Of a DNA stretch of 64,000 bases, positions 9,074 to 19,985 are shown in pieces. The stretch comes from Acidobacteriota bacterium (GTDB taxonomy: Bacteria > Acidobacteriota > UBA890 > WLXD01), in the NCBI GenBank assembly GCA_963666055.2, contig CAXWPH010000002.1:1-64000 (forward strand), written 5' to 3'. The notes beneath the pieces were generated by a model. The model was not told the DNA's origin, searched no databases, and saw nothing but the letters and a program-made list of their open reading frames with translations. Numbering within the stretch: position 1 is the first letter of the stretch; each line of letters opens with the position of its first letter. A program made the translations under genes and the position numbers.

Positions 9074-10193
9074 TGTGCTCTCGGGCCAAGATGCCCTCCG
9101 GGGCCTGGCGGATGTATAGGTCACGCTTGGGGTAGGGGATCTCGATGCCCGCCGCATCGAATCGCAGCTTTACCTGCTCGGTGATCGTGTCCTCGACGGC
9201 GCGGCGCTGGCGTCCGTCCTTGAGCCAGACGCGCAGTTCGAGGTCAACCGACGAGGCGCCGAAGGCACGCAGGATACACACCGGCTCCGGCGATTTCTCT
9301 ACCTGCTCGGAGGCAGCCGCGATCTCGAGGCACAGTTTCTTCGCCTGCTCGAGATCGGCGTCGTAGCCGATGCCAATCGGGATGCGCAGGCGGATCGTCG
9401 GGCCCGAGGCGGTATAGTTGATGATGTCACGCTGCATGATCTGGTTGTTCGGAATGATGATCAGAATATTGTCGGGTGTGCGTATCTTCGTGGCGCGGAT
9501 TCCGATCTCGATAACATCGCCCCACGTCGACTGACGGGCCGGCGCGCTCCACAGCTCGATGCGATCGCCGACCTCGAAGGGGCGGTCCAGAATCAACAGC
9601 ACGCCGGCGATGAGGTTGGATAGCGTGTCCTTGGCAGCGAACGAGATCGCGATCCCGGCGATGCTCGCCCCGGCCAGCAGTGGCGTTATGTCGATGTTCA
9701 TGTTGAAGAGCGCCAGCAGCGCTGCCGTGCCGACGATGACCCCGCTGATGGTCCGGTTGATCCACGGTAGTGCGGTCTCGTCGAGCTTGGTTCCGGTCTT
9801 CGCTACCAGGTTGGTCTCGAGGACCTTCATGAGGGCGCCGACCGCACGACTTATCGGCAAGCTGAGACCGACGATCCAGGCTCCGCCGACGACGGCGGCC
9901 ATCGTCGGGAGGTTCCAGATCTGCGCCACTCGCCATACCGCCCAGAAGCCGACAGACATCAGCACCAACCGGCGTACGAGCTCCACCACGATGTCGTCCA
10001 GAGTGGTCTCGGTGCGCGATGCAAAGCGTGATTCGAGTCGCCGCAGGATCCAGCGTGCCAGGTAGTAGACGATTCCCGCGGCAAGCAGCTGCAGGCCGCT
10101 CTGGATCAAGCGCGGCAGCAGGAACTCGATGGTTGCGTCGAGCCACGCTCGGTAGTCGATGCTCCAGAAGTCGAACCCTAGAAAGTCGCTCAT
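9066..10193 (-). CDS. Small-conductance mechanosensitive channel (MscS family)
   Basis: TM helices, then AKDTLSNLIAGVLLILDRPFEVGDRI, GIRATKIRT, IPNNQI, GIEIPYP. Confidence 0.92.
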   Translation of the reverse strand: MSDFLGFDFWSIDYRAWLDATIEFLLPRLIQSGLQLLAAGIVYYLARWILRRLESRFASRTETTLDDIVVELVRRLVLMSVGFWAVWRVAQIWNLPTMAAVVGGAWIVGLSLPISRAVGALMKVLETNLVAKTGTKLDETALPWINRTISGVIVGTAALLALFNMNIDITPLLAGASIAGIAISFAAKDTLSNLIAGVLLILDRPFEVGDRIELWSAPARQSTWGDVIEIGIRATKIRTPDNILIIIPNNQIMQRDIINYTASGPTIRLRIPIGIGYDADLEQAKKLCLEIAAASEQVEKSPEPVCILRAFGASSVDLELRVWLKDGRQRRAVEDTITEQVKLRFDAAGIEIPYPKRDLYIRQAPEGILAREHNG

Positions 10194-10299
10194 CGGTCCC
10201 ACCGGCTGAGATTGGTCGCGAACGTCGCGCAACGTTGCCGCATCGTCCCTCCGCGCACAAGTGGCTGCAGGCTCACCTGGCCTCACCCATTCTGTCTCG

Positions 10300-10940
10300 A
10301 TGACCGCGCCGGCTCGGCTCCGCGCCGCGGAGATGCACCTGAGTCGCGTCGATCCGGTGATGCGCTCGGTCATCGAGCAGATCGGGCCATGTGGCCTCGA
10401 GCGCTACTGGCGCCGGCGAGCCTTGCCGGCGCTGTTCCAGACGATCATCGGACAGCAGATCTCGGTGCACGCGGCACGTAGCATCCACGGCCGGTTCCGG
10501 GCCCTGTACGGCGGCCGCGATCCTTCCGCTCGACAGCTGTTGTCGACCTCCGAGGAGAATCTGCGAGCCGCCGGGCCTTTCGCGTCCGAAGGTCACCTAT
10601 CTGCGCGACCTTGCTTGCCGGGTGTCGAGTCGACGGCTCAGCCTGCCCTCTCTGGAGCGTCTCCCGGACGAGGAGGTGATTGAGGCGCTTCTGCAGGTCA
10701 AGGGGATCGGTCGCTGGACCGCGGAGGTGTTCATGATCTTCCGACTCGGACGGCTGGATATGCTTCCTGTCGACGATATCGGCCTGCTTGACGGCGCCCA
10801 GGTGCTGTACGGTTTGCCGCAGCGGCCACAGGGAGACCAGCTACGCAAGATCTCCGAGCCCTGGCGCCCTTATCGTTCAGTAGGATGTTGGTTCCTATGG
10901 CAAGGTCGTCGGCGGGCCCGAGGGGATGGAGCTTCGATGA
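10300..10940 (+). CDS. alkA: DNA-3-methyladenine glycosylase II (AlkA/HhH-GPD family), frameshifted near 10575 and probably near the 3' end
   Basis: TIIGQQIS in ORF 10261..10683; GLSRPK, VKGIGRWTAE (HhH), LPVDDIG and WRPYRS in ORF 10391..11566. Confidence 0.82.
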
Positions 10941-12081
10941 CGCTCAACGGTGCGACGGACCCGCCGCGTGCTTCAGCCCGGTCAGTCGAGCTATCGCCCC
11001 GGCGCCGAGCTGCGTGGTCGCGTTTGTTCATCTTCGCCATGCTGTTGCCCGTCCTCGCAGTGGTTACTCTGCCCGCCGATCGTATGGCCGCCGAGGCGGA
11101 GGCAGCGTCGAGTCGGGGGGCGCCGCAGCGGTTGCCGTTTTCGGTCGACAGCTGGGGGTATCAGCTCCAGGAGTTCGACCTGCCGGCGCTCGCCGCGTCT
11201 GCCTTCGACGCCCTTGTCATCGACTATTCGACCACCGGCGACGCATCAGGCGAGCTGGACCGCCGCACAGGTCAATGCGCTGCGCGCCGGACCCTGCGGC
11301 CAACGAGTGGTGCTTGCTTACCTGAGCATTGGCGAGGCCGAGAGCTACAGGTATTACTTCGACGTGGCCTGGCTCGACGATGTCGGGGACCCTGGAGCCG
11401 GCGCGCCGGCGTTTCTCGGTCCCACGAATCCCGACTGGGAGGGCAACTACAAGGCGCGCTACTGGTTGCGCGCCTGGCAGCGGGTGCTGTTCGGCAACGC
11501 TTCGGGGCCCGACAGGAGCTACCTCGACCGCATTATCGACGCCGGATTCGACGGTGTGTACCTTGATATCGTCGATGCCTACGAGTTCTGGGGTCCGTCG
11601 GAGATCGGTGGCAACGACGAGCGCCGCCGCGCGCCGGCCGACATGATCAAGCTGGTGCGCCGGCTGGCCAAATACGCGCGCCAGACTCGTGGAGCATCCG
11701 GTTTCCTGGTGGTGCCGCAGAACGGCGCAGGCATTATCGACCCAGAAACCTATCCCGACGCCGGCAACCCGGACAACGAAGCGGCGCGTCAACGGCGAGC
11801 GTACTTCAAGGCGATCGACGCTATCGGTGCCGAGGACACCTTCTACTTCGGTGGGCGGGTTGAAAACAATGGTCTTCATCCGCAGCGCTTCACGATCGAG
11901 CTACTCGACGCGTTCGCCGCCGCCGGCAGGTCGGTGCTGGCGATCGATTACCTCACGCAGCGGGGGCAAGATCGATCGTTTTTGGGATCTGGCGTCGGAG
12001 CGCGGCTACGTCCCGTACGTCTCGCGGCGGGAGCTCGATAGGCTAACGATCCCCGCCGGCCACGCCCCAGCGTGCGGCTGA
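10937..12081 (+). CDS. Secreted GH114-like (MJ1477/TM1410) endo-alpha-1,4-polygalactosaminidase, two frameshifts (~11260, ~11965)
   Basis: SWGYQLQ, LVIDYS, VLAYLSIGEAESYRYY, GFDGVYLDIVDAYE, VPQNG and AIDY motifs split over three frames. Confidence 0.82.
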
Positions 12082-12133
12082 TGGCCGCCCGCCCTGCTTG
12101 CGTAGGGCTCGCGCAGGCCCACCGGGGTGCCTC

Positions 12134-12869
12134 ATGAGCGCCGCCGCTTGGACGGCGCTCGATCGGGAGATCGTTGGCTGTCGCCTTTGCCCACGGCTCG
12201 TCGAGCACCGCGAGCGTATGGCACGCGACAAACGCGCCGCCTACCGTGATCAGGAGTACTGGGGGCGCCCGGTACCCGGATTCGGCGACCGGCGAGCGCG
12301 CCTGGTGCTCGTCGGCTTGGCGCCCGGGGCGCACGGCTCGAACCGTACCGGCAGGATGTTCACCGGCGACCGATCTGGCGACTGGCTATTCCGGGCTCTG
12401 TACGAGACCGGGTTCGCGAGCCAGCCCGAGGCCAGCCACCAGAACGACGGGCTGACACTGCACGACGCGTTCATCACCGCTGCCAACCGCTGTGCCCCGC
12501 CCGGAAACAAGCCTACGCCAGCCGAGCGCGAGCAGTGCCGCCCGTTTCTGGAGCGCGAGCTCGATCTGATCGATGCGGCACGCGGAGTCGAGGTCATCGT
12601 GGCGCTGGGCCAGTTCGCCTACGACCATTCGCTGCGGCTGCTACGTGATCGCGGCGCCCTGGTACCGCGGCCGAAGCCGAAGTTCGGGCACGCACGCACT
12701 ACCGTGGTCGGTGCCGCGAACGCTGCCGGGCGTTTCCCACGCTGCGCCGTGGAGGTGATCGCCTCGTATCATCCCAGCCAGCAAAATACCTTCACCGGGC
12801 AAGCTGACGCTCGAGATGCTGGTCGAGGTATTCGAGAGGGCGCGCGGCGCAATCGAGGCGGATCGCTAG
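12134..12869 (+). CDS. udgB: Uracil-DNA glycosylase family 5 (Fe-S), frameshift near 12800
   Basis: CRLCPRL, GLAPGAHGSNRTGRMFTGD, RCAPPGNKP, YHPSQQNTFTG; the shifted frame continues KLTLEMLVEVF to TAG 12869. Confidence 0.88.
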
Positions 12870-12899
12870 CCGGCCGATGCTTGCACCACGGCCTGCTAG
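12866..12899. repeat. Collapsed relic of the CTAG-flanked MITE family
   Basis: CTAG-CCGGCCG...CACCACGGCCTG-CTAG matches the termini of the 271-bp elements at 54770 and 62009. Confidence 0.6.
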
Positions 12900-12907
12900 C
12901 AGTTGCT

Positions 12908-14723
12908 TTATCTCGAGTCCTCGTCGGTGCGCAGGACCGAGAGGAACGCTTTCTGTGGGATCTCCACCTGCCCGAACATCCGGGCCCGCTTCTTGCCTGC
13001 TTTTTGTCGCTCGAGCAGCTTCCGTTTGCGGGTGATGTCGCCACCGTAGCACTTGGCGGTGACGTCCTTGCGGAAGGCGTTGATGTTCTTGCGGGCGATA
13101 ATGTCCCGCCCGATGGTGCCTTGGATGGGGATCTTGAAGTTGTGCCGCGGGATCGTCTTCGCCAGCTGTTCGCAGGCGTGTAGGGCACGAGCCCGCGCTT
13201 TCTCGCGGTGCACCAGCATGCTGAGCGCGTCGACGCGTTCAGCGTTTACCAGAATGTCCACTTTCACCAGATCGGTCTGCCGGTAGTCGGTGGACTTCGT
13301 AATCGAACGAGCCGTAGCCTTGGGTCATGGACTTCAGTCGATCGTAGAAGTCGAACAGCACCTCGGCGAGCGGTAGGTCGGCGGTCACGTCGACGCGCCC
13401 CACCGCCAGATAGTCGAACTTGATGTTCTCGCCTCGTCTGTCCCGAAGTAGGTCCATGACCGGCCCCAGATAGCGGTCGGGCATCAGGATGGACGCTTTT
13501 GATGAACGGTTCCTCGACCCGCTCGATCAGCGAGGGGTCGGGATAGTCAGCCGGGTTCTCGACCGCCATCTGTTCGCCGGCTGCGGTGGTGACGTGGTAC
13601 TCCACTGACGGCGCGGTTAGCAGCAGCGACAGCCCGTACTCTCGGCTTAGCCGCTCCTGCACGATCTCCAGGTGCAGCATGCCGAGAAAACCCGCATCGA
13701 TACCCGAAACCCGAGCGCATTCGAGGAGTCCTTTTGGAAGGTGAGGGCAGCGTCATTGAGCTTGAGCTTGTCGATCGCCTTGCTGAGGTCCTGGTACTCG
13801 TCGGCCTGCATCGGATACATCGACGAGAACACCACCGGCTTGGCAGGCACGTAGCCCAACAGCGCCTCGTCGGCCGGGTTGTCCACATGGGTCAGCGTGT
13901 CGCCGACCTCGATGTCGCTGACCGACTTCACTCCCGCGATGATGTAGCCGACGGCGCCGGCGGCCAGTTGTTCGCCCTTCACGCGTCCCAATTTCAGTAG
14001 CCCGACCTCTTCGATCTCATAGTGGGCCTCACCGTGCATCAGACGAACCCGATCGCCGGTGCGCAGTGTTCCGTCGAACACGCGCGCCAGCATGATCACT
14101 CCGCGGTAGGCGTCATAGGAGGCGTCGAATATGAGTGCCTTCAGTGGTGCCTCCGCATCGCCGGCGGGAGGTGGCAGCTTCTGCACGATGGCCTCGAGCA
14201 CGTCATGGATACCGTGCCCCTCCTTGGCCGATGTGAGAACCGCCTCGAACGGATCCAGGCCGAGGTCTTCGTCGATCTGCTCGCGCACGCGCTCCGGATC
14301 GGCAGCCGGCAGGTCGATCTTGTTGATCACCGGCACGATCTCCAGATCGTGCTCGAGCGCCAGGTAGAGGTTGGCGACGGTCTGCGCTTCGACCCCCTGG
14401 GCAGCGTCGATCAGCAGTAGTGCCCCCTCGCAAGACATCAGCGAGCGGCGTACCTCGTGCGAGAAGTCGACGTGCCCGGGCGTATCGATCAGGTTGAGCT
14501 CGTACGTCGTCCCGTCGTCGGCGGCGTAGGAAAGCATGATGGTGTTGCTCTTGATGGTGATGCCGCGCTCCTGCTCGATGTCCATGGTGTCGAGCATTTG
14601 ATCGTGGAACTCGCGCTCCGACACCGCGCCACAGGCCTGCAGCAGTCGATCGGCAAGAGTCGACTTGCCGTGATCGATATGGGCGATGATACAAAAATCG
14701 CGGATGTGCGAGAGGTCGGTCAT
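12908..14723 (-). CDS. lepA: Translation elongation factor 4 (LepA), about four frameshifts
   Basis: [76 protein letters not shown] across ORFs 13647..14897, 13264..13680, 13239..13484 and 12908..13267. Confidence 0.93.
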
Positions 14724-14818
14724 CGGTCGTACGATTGTACCGGGGGTTGAACTGTGCCGGTCATCGGGCGCATATTGAACGGGGCTACGGAATTGCTTCG
14801 CCACCGAGGAGAGGCATT

Positions 14819-15068
14819 GTGAACGTCGGTCGCAACGAACCCTGCCCGTGCGGCAGCGGTGAGAAATACAAGCGGTGCTGCGAAGGCAAGGCGACACAGA
14901 GTCAGAAGCTATGGCGCGGCCTCGCCGTGCTCATCGCCCTGATCGTCATCCTGGTAACCGTGGGCATTATCCGCGGAGGGGTCCCAGGCCGAGGATGTGC
15001 CGCCCGGACGCGTTTGGTCGCCGGAGCACGGTCACTGGCATGACGCCACGGGCACCGGGACCCAGTAG
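14819..15068 (+). CDS. Small SEC-C (zinc-binding) membrane protein, frameshift near 14980
   Basis: [19 protein letters not shown], one TM helix, then in the shifted frame [16 protein letters not shown] to TAG 15068; AGGAGAGG RBS. Confidence 0.72.
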
Positions 15069-15196
15069 CAGAGTTGCAGAATCGGTCTCGGTAACCCGCT
15101 CGTCTTACGCCGCCTCAGCGGCCGAGCCCCGCTGCCTCACCGGCGGTCTCGACACAGCATGGCTAGTCGAGGCTCTGTCGATGATAGATTGCCGGC

Positions 15197-17921
15197 ATGA
15201 ACAAGAAAGCCACATTTCTGGCGGCTCTCGTTGCCACGCTCGGCTCTGTTATCACCGCGGGCAGCGTCCTCGCCTCGTCGTCGGCCCAGACGTCATTGCC
15301 TACGCCCGAGTCGGTGCTCGGGTTCCGCGTTGGTGCCGACTTCAAGCTGGCGAGCTACGACGAGTCTGTCGCGTACTTCCGCGCCTTAGCGGCTGCCAGC
15401 GACCGCATGGAGCTTCGTGAGGTTGGGCGTAGCCCGGAAGGTCGCCGCTGGTACATGGCGCTGATCTCGAGCCCCGAGAACCTGATTCGAATCGACGAGT
15501 ACCGTGAGATCGCCCAGCGTCTGGCCCATCCGCTCGGCGCCGATGGTACGGAGGAGATACTCACCGACGAACAAGCGCGGTCGCTGGCGCGGCGTGGCAA
15601 GGCGATCGTGCATATCGACGGTGGCCTGCACGCCAGCGAGGTGGCCCACGCGCAGCACACCATTCAGCTGGCGTACGACCTGGTCAGCAATACCGACGAT
15701 GCCGAGATCCAGGCGATTCTTGATGAGGTCGTGCTGATGCTGTGGCCGTCGGTCAACCCCGACGGCCAGAACCTCATCGTCGACTGGTATCGCAGCAACG
15801 TCGGCGGTCCGTACGAGGTATCGCCGATGCCGTGGCTATACCAGAAGTATGTGGGGCACGACAACAACCGCGACGGCTACATGCTCAACATGGTGGAGTC
15901 GCGTGTGTTGGCGCGCACCTGGCGCGACTGGGAGCCACAGATAATCTACATCCACCACCAGTCGTCGCCGTTCCCGACCCGCATCTGGCTTCCGCCGTTT
16001 GCCGAGCCCATCGCCACGCGTGTCCACCCGCTGATGTCGCGCACGGTGAACGCGGTGGGCATGCTCATCGCCCAGGCACTGGAGGAGCGCGGCCAGACGG
16101 GTGCGGTGCATATGGGCACCGGGTTCGACTCCTGGTATCCGGGCTATGTCCGACTACATGCCGATGCTGCGCAACATCGCCTCCTGGTGGACCGAGACGG
16201 CGCTCTACCGCTACGCGACACCGAAGTTCTACACGTTGCGTGATTACCCGGAAGATAAGCGCGATCTGCGCTCCGAGTCGCTTTACCCGAGCCCCTGGCG
16301 CGGTGGGTGGTGGCGTCTTCGCGATGCGGTGGATTACATGATCACGGGCTCGATTGCGACGCTCGACTACGCCGCCAAGTACCGCACCGACCTGCTCTAC
16401 AATCGCTACCAGGCGGCGCGAGACACCATTGGACGCTACCGGCAGGAGCCCCCTATGCCTATCTGGTGCCGGCTGATCAGCGTGATCCGGTAGCCGCGGT
16501 GGAGCTGCTGCGAAGGCTGGCGTTCAACGGTCTGCGCGTCTACCGCCTCGCCCGGGCCGTGACGTACGAAGGCATCAGCTTCGACGCCGGCACCTGGGTC
16601 GTGCCGATGGACCAGGAGGACGCCGAGCTGGCGCGCCAGGTGCTGGAGGTGCAGGAGTACCCGGATCTGCGCGAGTATCCGGAAGGGCCGCCGGAGCAGC
16701 CTTACGATGCCGCCGGGTGGACGCTGCCGTATCAGATGGGGGTGCGGGTGATCTCCGGCGGCGCCCCGCTCGACGATGGGTTGCGCTCGCTGCTGGAGCC
16801 GGTTTCCGGCGATCCGGTCGCCTGCGGAGCGATGGCGATGCCAATCCCGAGGTAGATGCAGGCTCCGACCGCTCGACGTTCGATTCTGTCACCGGCGTGG
16901 GGTTCGATACCGATGCAGTCGCCGTTGGGCTGGTGCCGTTATCCGCCGCTATCGCGGACAGGGCGCAGCGCTGGCGGTGCATCCGGGTGAGAACAACGCG
17001 TTTCGCGCCGTGAACCGAACGTGGCGCGCCGGCGGCACTGTTCGCCTGGTTGCCGGCGACGATGCGCGCTACGTGCTTTCGGGACTGTCGCCGGCGGTAG
17101 CTACTGAGATGGTGCAATCGCTGGCGCTACGGGCAGAGCGGCGTGCGGTCACCGGCGTCGAAGTACGACGCCCGCGAATCGCCATGTACCGACCCTGGAC
17201 CGCGAGCATGGACGAGGGGTGGACGCGCTGGCTGCTGGAGAGCTACGAGTTCGAATTCACCAGTTTGTCCGACGCCGAGTTTCGCGCCGGCGAGTTGCGA
17301 GAGCGCTACGACGTGGTGGTACTGCCCGATATGCGACCGCGCGACATCACCGCTGGCACGAGGTCGGCACCGTGCCGCCGCGCTACGCTGGCGGCATCGG
17401 CGAGGAGGGGTTGCGGGCGACGGCACGATTCGTCAGCGAGGGTGGGCACGCTGGTAGCGATGAACGCCAGCAGTCTTTTTGCAATCGAGGCACTTGAACT
17501 GCCGGTTGAGGACGTTATCGGTGGACTGAGTCGTGAGGAGTTCTTCGCCGGCATCTCGCAGCTCGAGGTGCGCGTCAGCACCGCTCATCCGCTGATGGCC
17601 GGTATGCCGGGGCGCGCCAGCCTGACTGTGTCGAGCAGTCCGGCGTTCCGGACCCTCGAGGGATTCGACGGCGAGGTCTTGATGAGCTTCGCCGAAGCAG
17701 GCTCGCCGCTGTTGTCGGGGTACTTGTTGGGCGAGGAGCACCTGTACGGCAACGCCGCTGCGCTGCGTGTCCGGCACGGCGATGGGCAGGTGATCTTACT
17801 CGGTTTCCGCCCGCAGTGGCGGGGGCAGTCGTTCGGAACGTTCCGGGTCCTCTTCAATGCTCTGTTGGCGGGCGACATCGAGGTCGATGTCGAGGGGGCG
17901 AGCGCCTTATCCTCCAGATGA
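15197..17921 (+). CDS. M14-family zinc carboxypeptidase with C-terminal class I glutamine amidotransferase-like domain, several frameshifts
   Basis: Signal peptide; GGLHASE (HxxE), NPDG, GHDNNRD, IHHQ; later PYDAAGWTLP, SMDEGWTRWLLE, LGFRPQWRGQ over ORFs 15197..16243, 16101..16493, 16307..16855 and 16776..17921. Confidence 0.85.
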
Positions 17922-19005
17922 GTGGTGGAGCCGAGCCGATCCCGGTTGGCCGGCTACAGGACTGGGGTTGGAGCGATGAGGTGCCGCGAGCCTCGCGGAG
18001 GACGAGAAGCGGCCCCCGGCTCGGGTGATCGCCCAGCACCGCGGCGAGTACCGACTCATTACCCCCTGGGGTGAGGCGACCGGTGTGGCGCCTGGACGCA
18101 TGCTCTACCGTGCTACCGGCCGCCGCGAGTTGCCCGCCGTCGGCGACTTCGTGTTGATCGAGCCTCAGACCGATGGTCCGGCGACGATTGTCGAGATCCT
18201 GCCGCGCAGGACGCAGTTCGTTCGTCGCAAGTCGGGCACCGAAAGCCAGGAGCAGGTCGTGGCGGCGAACGTCGACGTTGCTTTCCTGCTGACCTCGTTG
18301 AACCAGGAGCTCAACCCGCGGCGCATCGAACGCTATCTCGTCGCGGCCTGGGAAAGCGGCGCACAACCGGTGGTTGTGTTGACCAAGCTGGATCAGTGCG
18401 ACGATATCGAGGCGGCGTTAGCGCGGGTCGGCCCAGCGGCGGCCGGTGCGCCGGTGGTGGCGGTGAGCTCGGTGACCGGCGAGGGCATTGATGAGCTGCG
18501 TCGCCACCTGCGCCCAGGACGCACGGCGGTGTTGCTGGGCTCGTCGGGGGTCGGCAAGTCCACGCTGGTGAACACCCTTGCCGGCGAGGAGCTACTGCGC
18601 ACCCAGGAGATTCGCGAGGCCGACGACAAGGGCCGCCACACCACCACCCACCGCGAGATCTTCCGCATGCCCGACGGCGTACTGGTGCTCGATACGCCCG
18701 GGATGCGTGAGCTCGGCCTGGTCGAGGCCGAGGATGGCCTCGAGGAGACTTTCGACGACGTCGCGGCAATCATCGATGGCTGCCGTTTCCGCGATTGCAC
18801 CCACGCTGACGAGCCCGGCTGTGCGGTACGCGAGGCCGTCGGGTCGGGCGCCATATCGCTGCAACGATGGGAGAGTTACCAGAAGCTGCAAAAGGAGCTT
18901 TCTTACGAGGAGCGACGGCGCGACCTGGGCGCGGCGCTGGCCGAAAAAAGCAAGTGGAAGCAGATCCACCGCGACTATCGCAAGCATCCCAAGAAGGGCC
19001 GCTGA
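17918..19005 (+). CDS. rsgA: Ribosome small subunit-dependent GTPase A, N-terminal frameshift near 18000
   Basis: PAVGDFV, AANVD, TKLD, GSSGVGKS, GRHTTT, DTPGMRE, CRFRDCTHADEPGC zinc finger. Confidence 0.92.
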
Positions 19006-19007
19006 GA

Positions 19008-19359
19008 ATGGCGCAAACGCTGGTGGTGCGGCTTGGCCGCGGTTCCGAATCGTATTGGCGCCTGCGGCCACTAGTGCTCGAGCTGGGTGCGCAGCTGGTG
19101 TGCGCGATCGAGCAACCTCGCAACGAGCCGCTGTTTGGCGATCTCGAGCGACTGCTCTCGGGCTACGGAACTGGCATCCAACGACCCGGCCAGGGAAATC
19201 GCGAAGTCGCCCACGGCGCCCTTCTTGGGCCCTCCCAGGGTGGCCGTAAAGGTCGCCGCGCCGGCCTCCGAGGTCCGCAGGCTGTCCGGAGAGCTTGGTT
19301 ACGAGCCTACTGCAGCCTACCGGTCAAGCAGGTTGACAAGACTAGATAAGTATTTATAG
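19008..19359 (+). CDS. Hypothetical protein, probably frameshifted near 19160
   Basis: ATG two bases after the rsgA stop; coding-like frames 18867..19349 then 19087..19359; no motif recognised. Confidence 0.35.
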
Positions 19360-19388
19360 ATATAGTTATCTATAATGTTTTATCTAGT
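19333..19388 (+). promoter_or_regulatory. Promoter and palindromic operator upstream of the PadR gene
   Basis: TTGACA at 19333-19338 and TATAAT at 19371-19376 (too far apart to be one canonical pair); imperfect palindrome ACTAGATAA-gtat-TTATAGATA-tagt-TATCTATAA-tgtt-TTATCTAGT at 19341-19388. Confidence 0.7.
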
Positions 19389-19397
19389 AGGGTCTAC

Positions 19398-19985
19398 ATG
19401 AGCCTCGAACACATCCTGCTCGGCATGCTTCGCAGCCCGTCGACGGGGTACGACCTCGGCAAGCGGTTCGCTGAGGCTCCGGCCCACTTCTGGTTTGCCG
19501 AGCGTAGCCAGATCTACCCGACGCTCAAGCGCATGGAGTCGCAAGGTCTACTACAACGGCACGAGGCACCCTCGGCGCGCGGTCCGCGGCGCCAGGTGTA
19601 CGAGACCACGCCGGCCGGACGTGAGGCCTTGCGCCATTGGCTGCGCGGAGGTTCGAAGATCGGCCGCGAGCGCCTCGGCTATGTAGCACAGACGTTCTTC
19701 TTGGGAGAGCTCGGCGACTTCGAGGAGTCGTTGAGGATCATCAAGCAGATGCGCCGCGAGTGGGCGCAGAAAGTCGCCACGCTCGAGCTGGTCGAGCTCC
19801 AGATGCACCAAGAGTGCGGTGATCGCTCGCGGCTCGACGCCGACGGCTTCCACCATCACGCCGCGCTGCGCATGGGGCTGCACACCCACCGAGCCCGGAT
19901 CGCCTGGTGCGACGAAACCATCGAGCAGCTGAACGAACGGATCGCCGAGGCCCGTGCGGAGCCGGTCGGCACGGAGGAACAATGA
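19398..19985 (+). CDS. PadR-family transcriptional regulator
   Basis: LEHILLGML..PSTGYDL, SQIYPTLKRME..GL, RQVYETTPAGREAL; C-terminal helical dimerisation region. Confidence 0.9.
   Translation: MSLEHILLGMLRSPSTGYDLGKRFAEAPAHFWFAERSQIYPTLKRMESQGLLQRHEAPSARGPRRQVYETTPAGREALRHWLRGGSKIGRERLGYVAQTFFLGELGDFEESLRIIKQMRREWAQKVATLELVELQMHQECGDRSRLDADGFHHHAALRMGLHTHRARIAWCDETIEQLNERIAEARAEPVGTEEQ

Noticed and set aside
850-9184. Possible gene interrupted by the IS array (ORF 850..1062 is in frame with 8555..9184 across the empty site)
   Set aside because: The rejoined peptide has no recognisable motif and runs antisense through the cupin gene. The insertion looks intergenic, between the cupin and cyclase genes.
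10391-11566. Apparent AlkA-glycoside hydrolase fusion
   Set aside because: A signal peptide sits in the middle and ATGA at 10937-10940 looks like a start/stop overlap. Best explained by an indel error.
12908-14723. lepA as a true pseudogene or a recoded gene
   Set aside because: All conserved motifs are intact, the breaks are single-base indels, and neighbouring genes show the same pattern, pointing to sequencing error.
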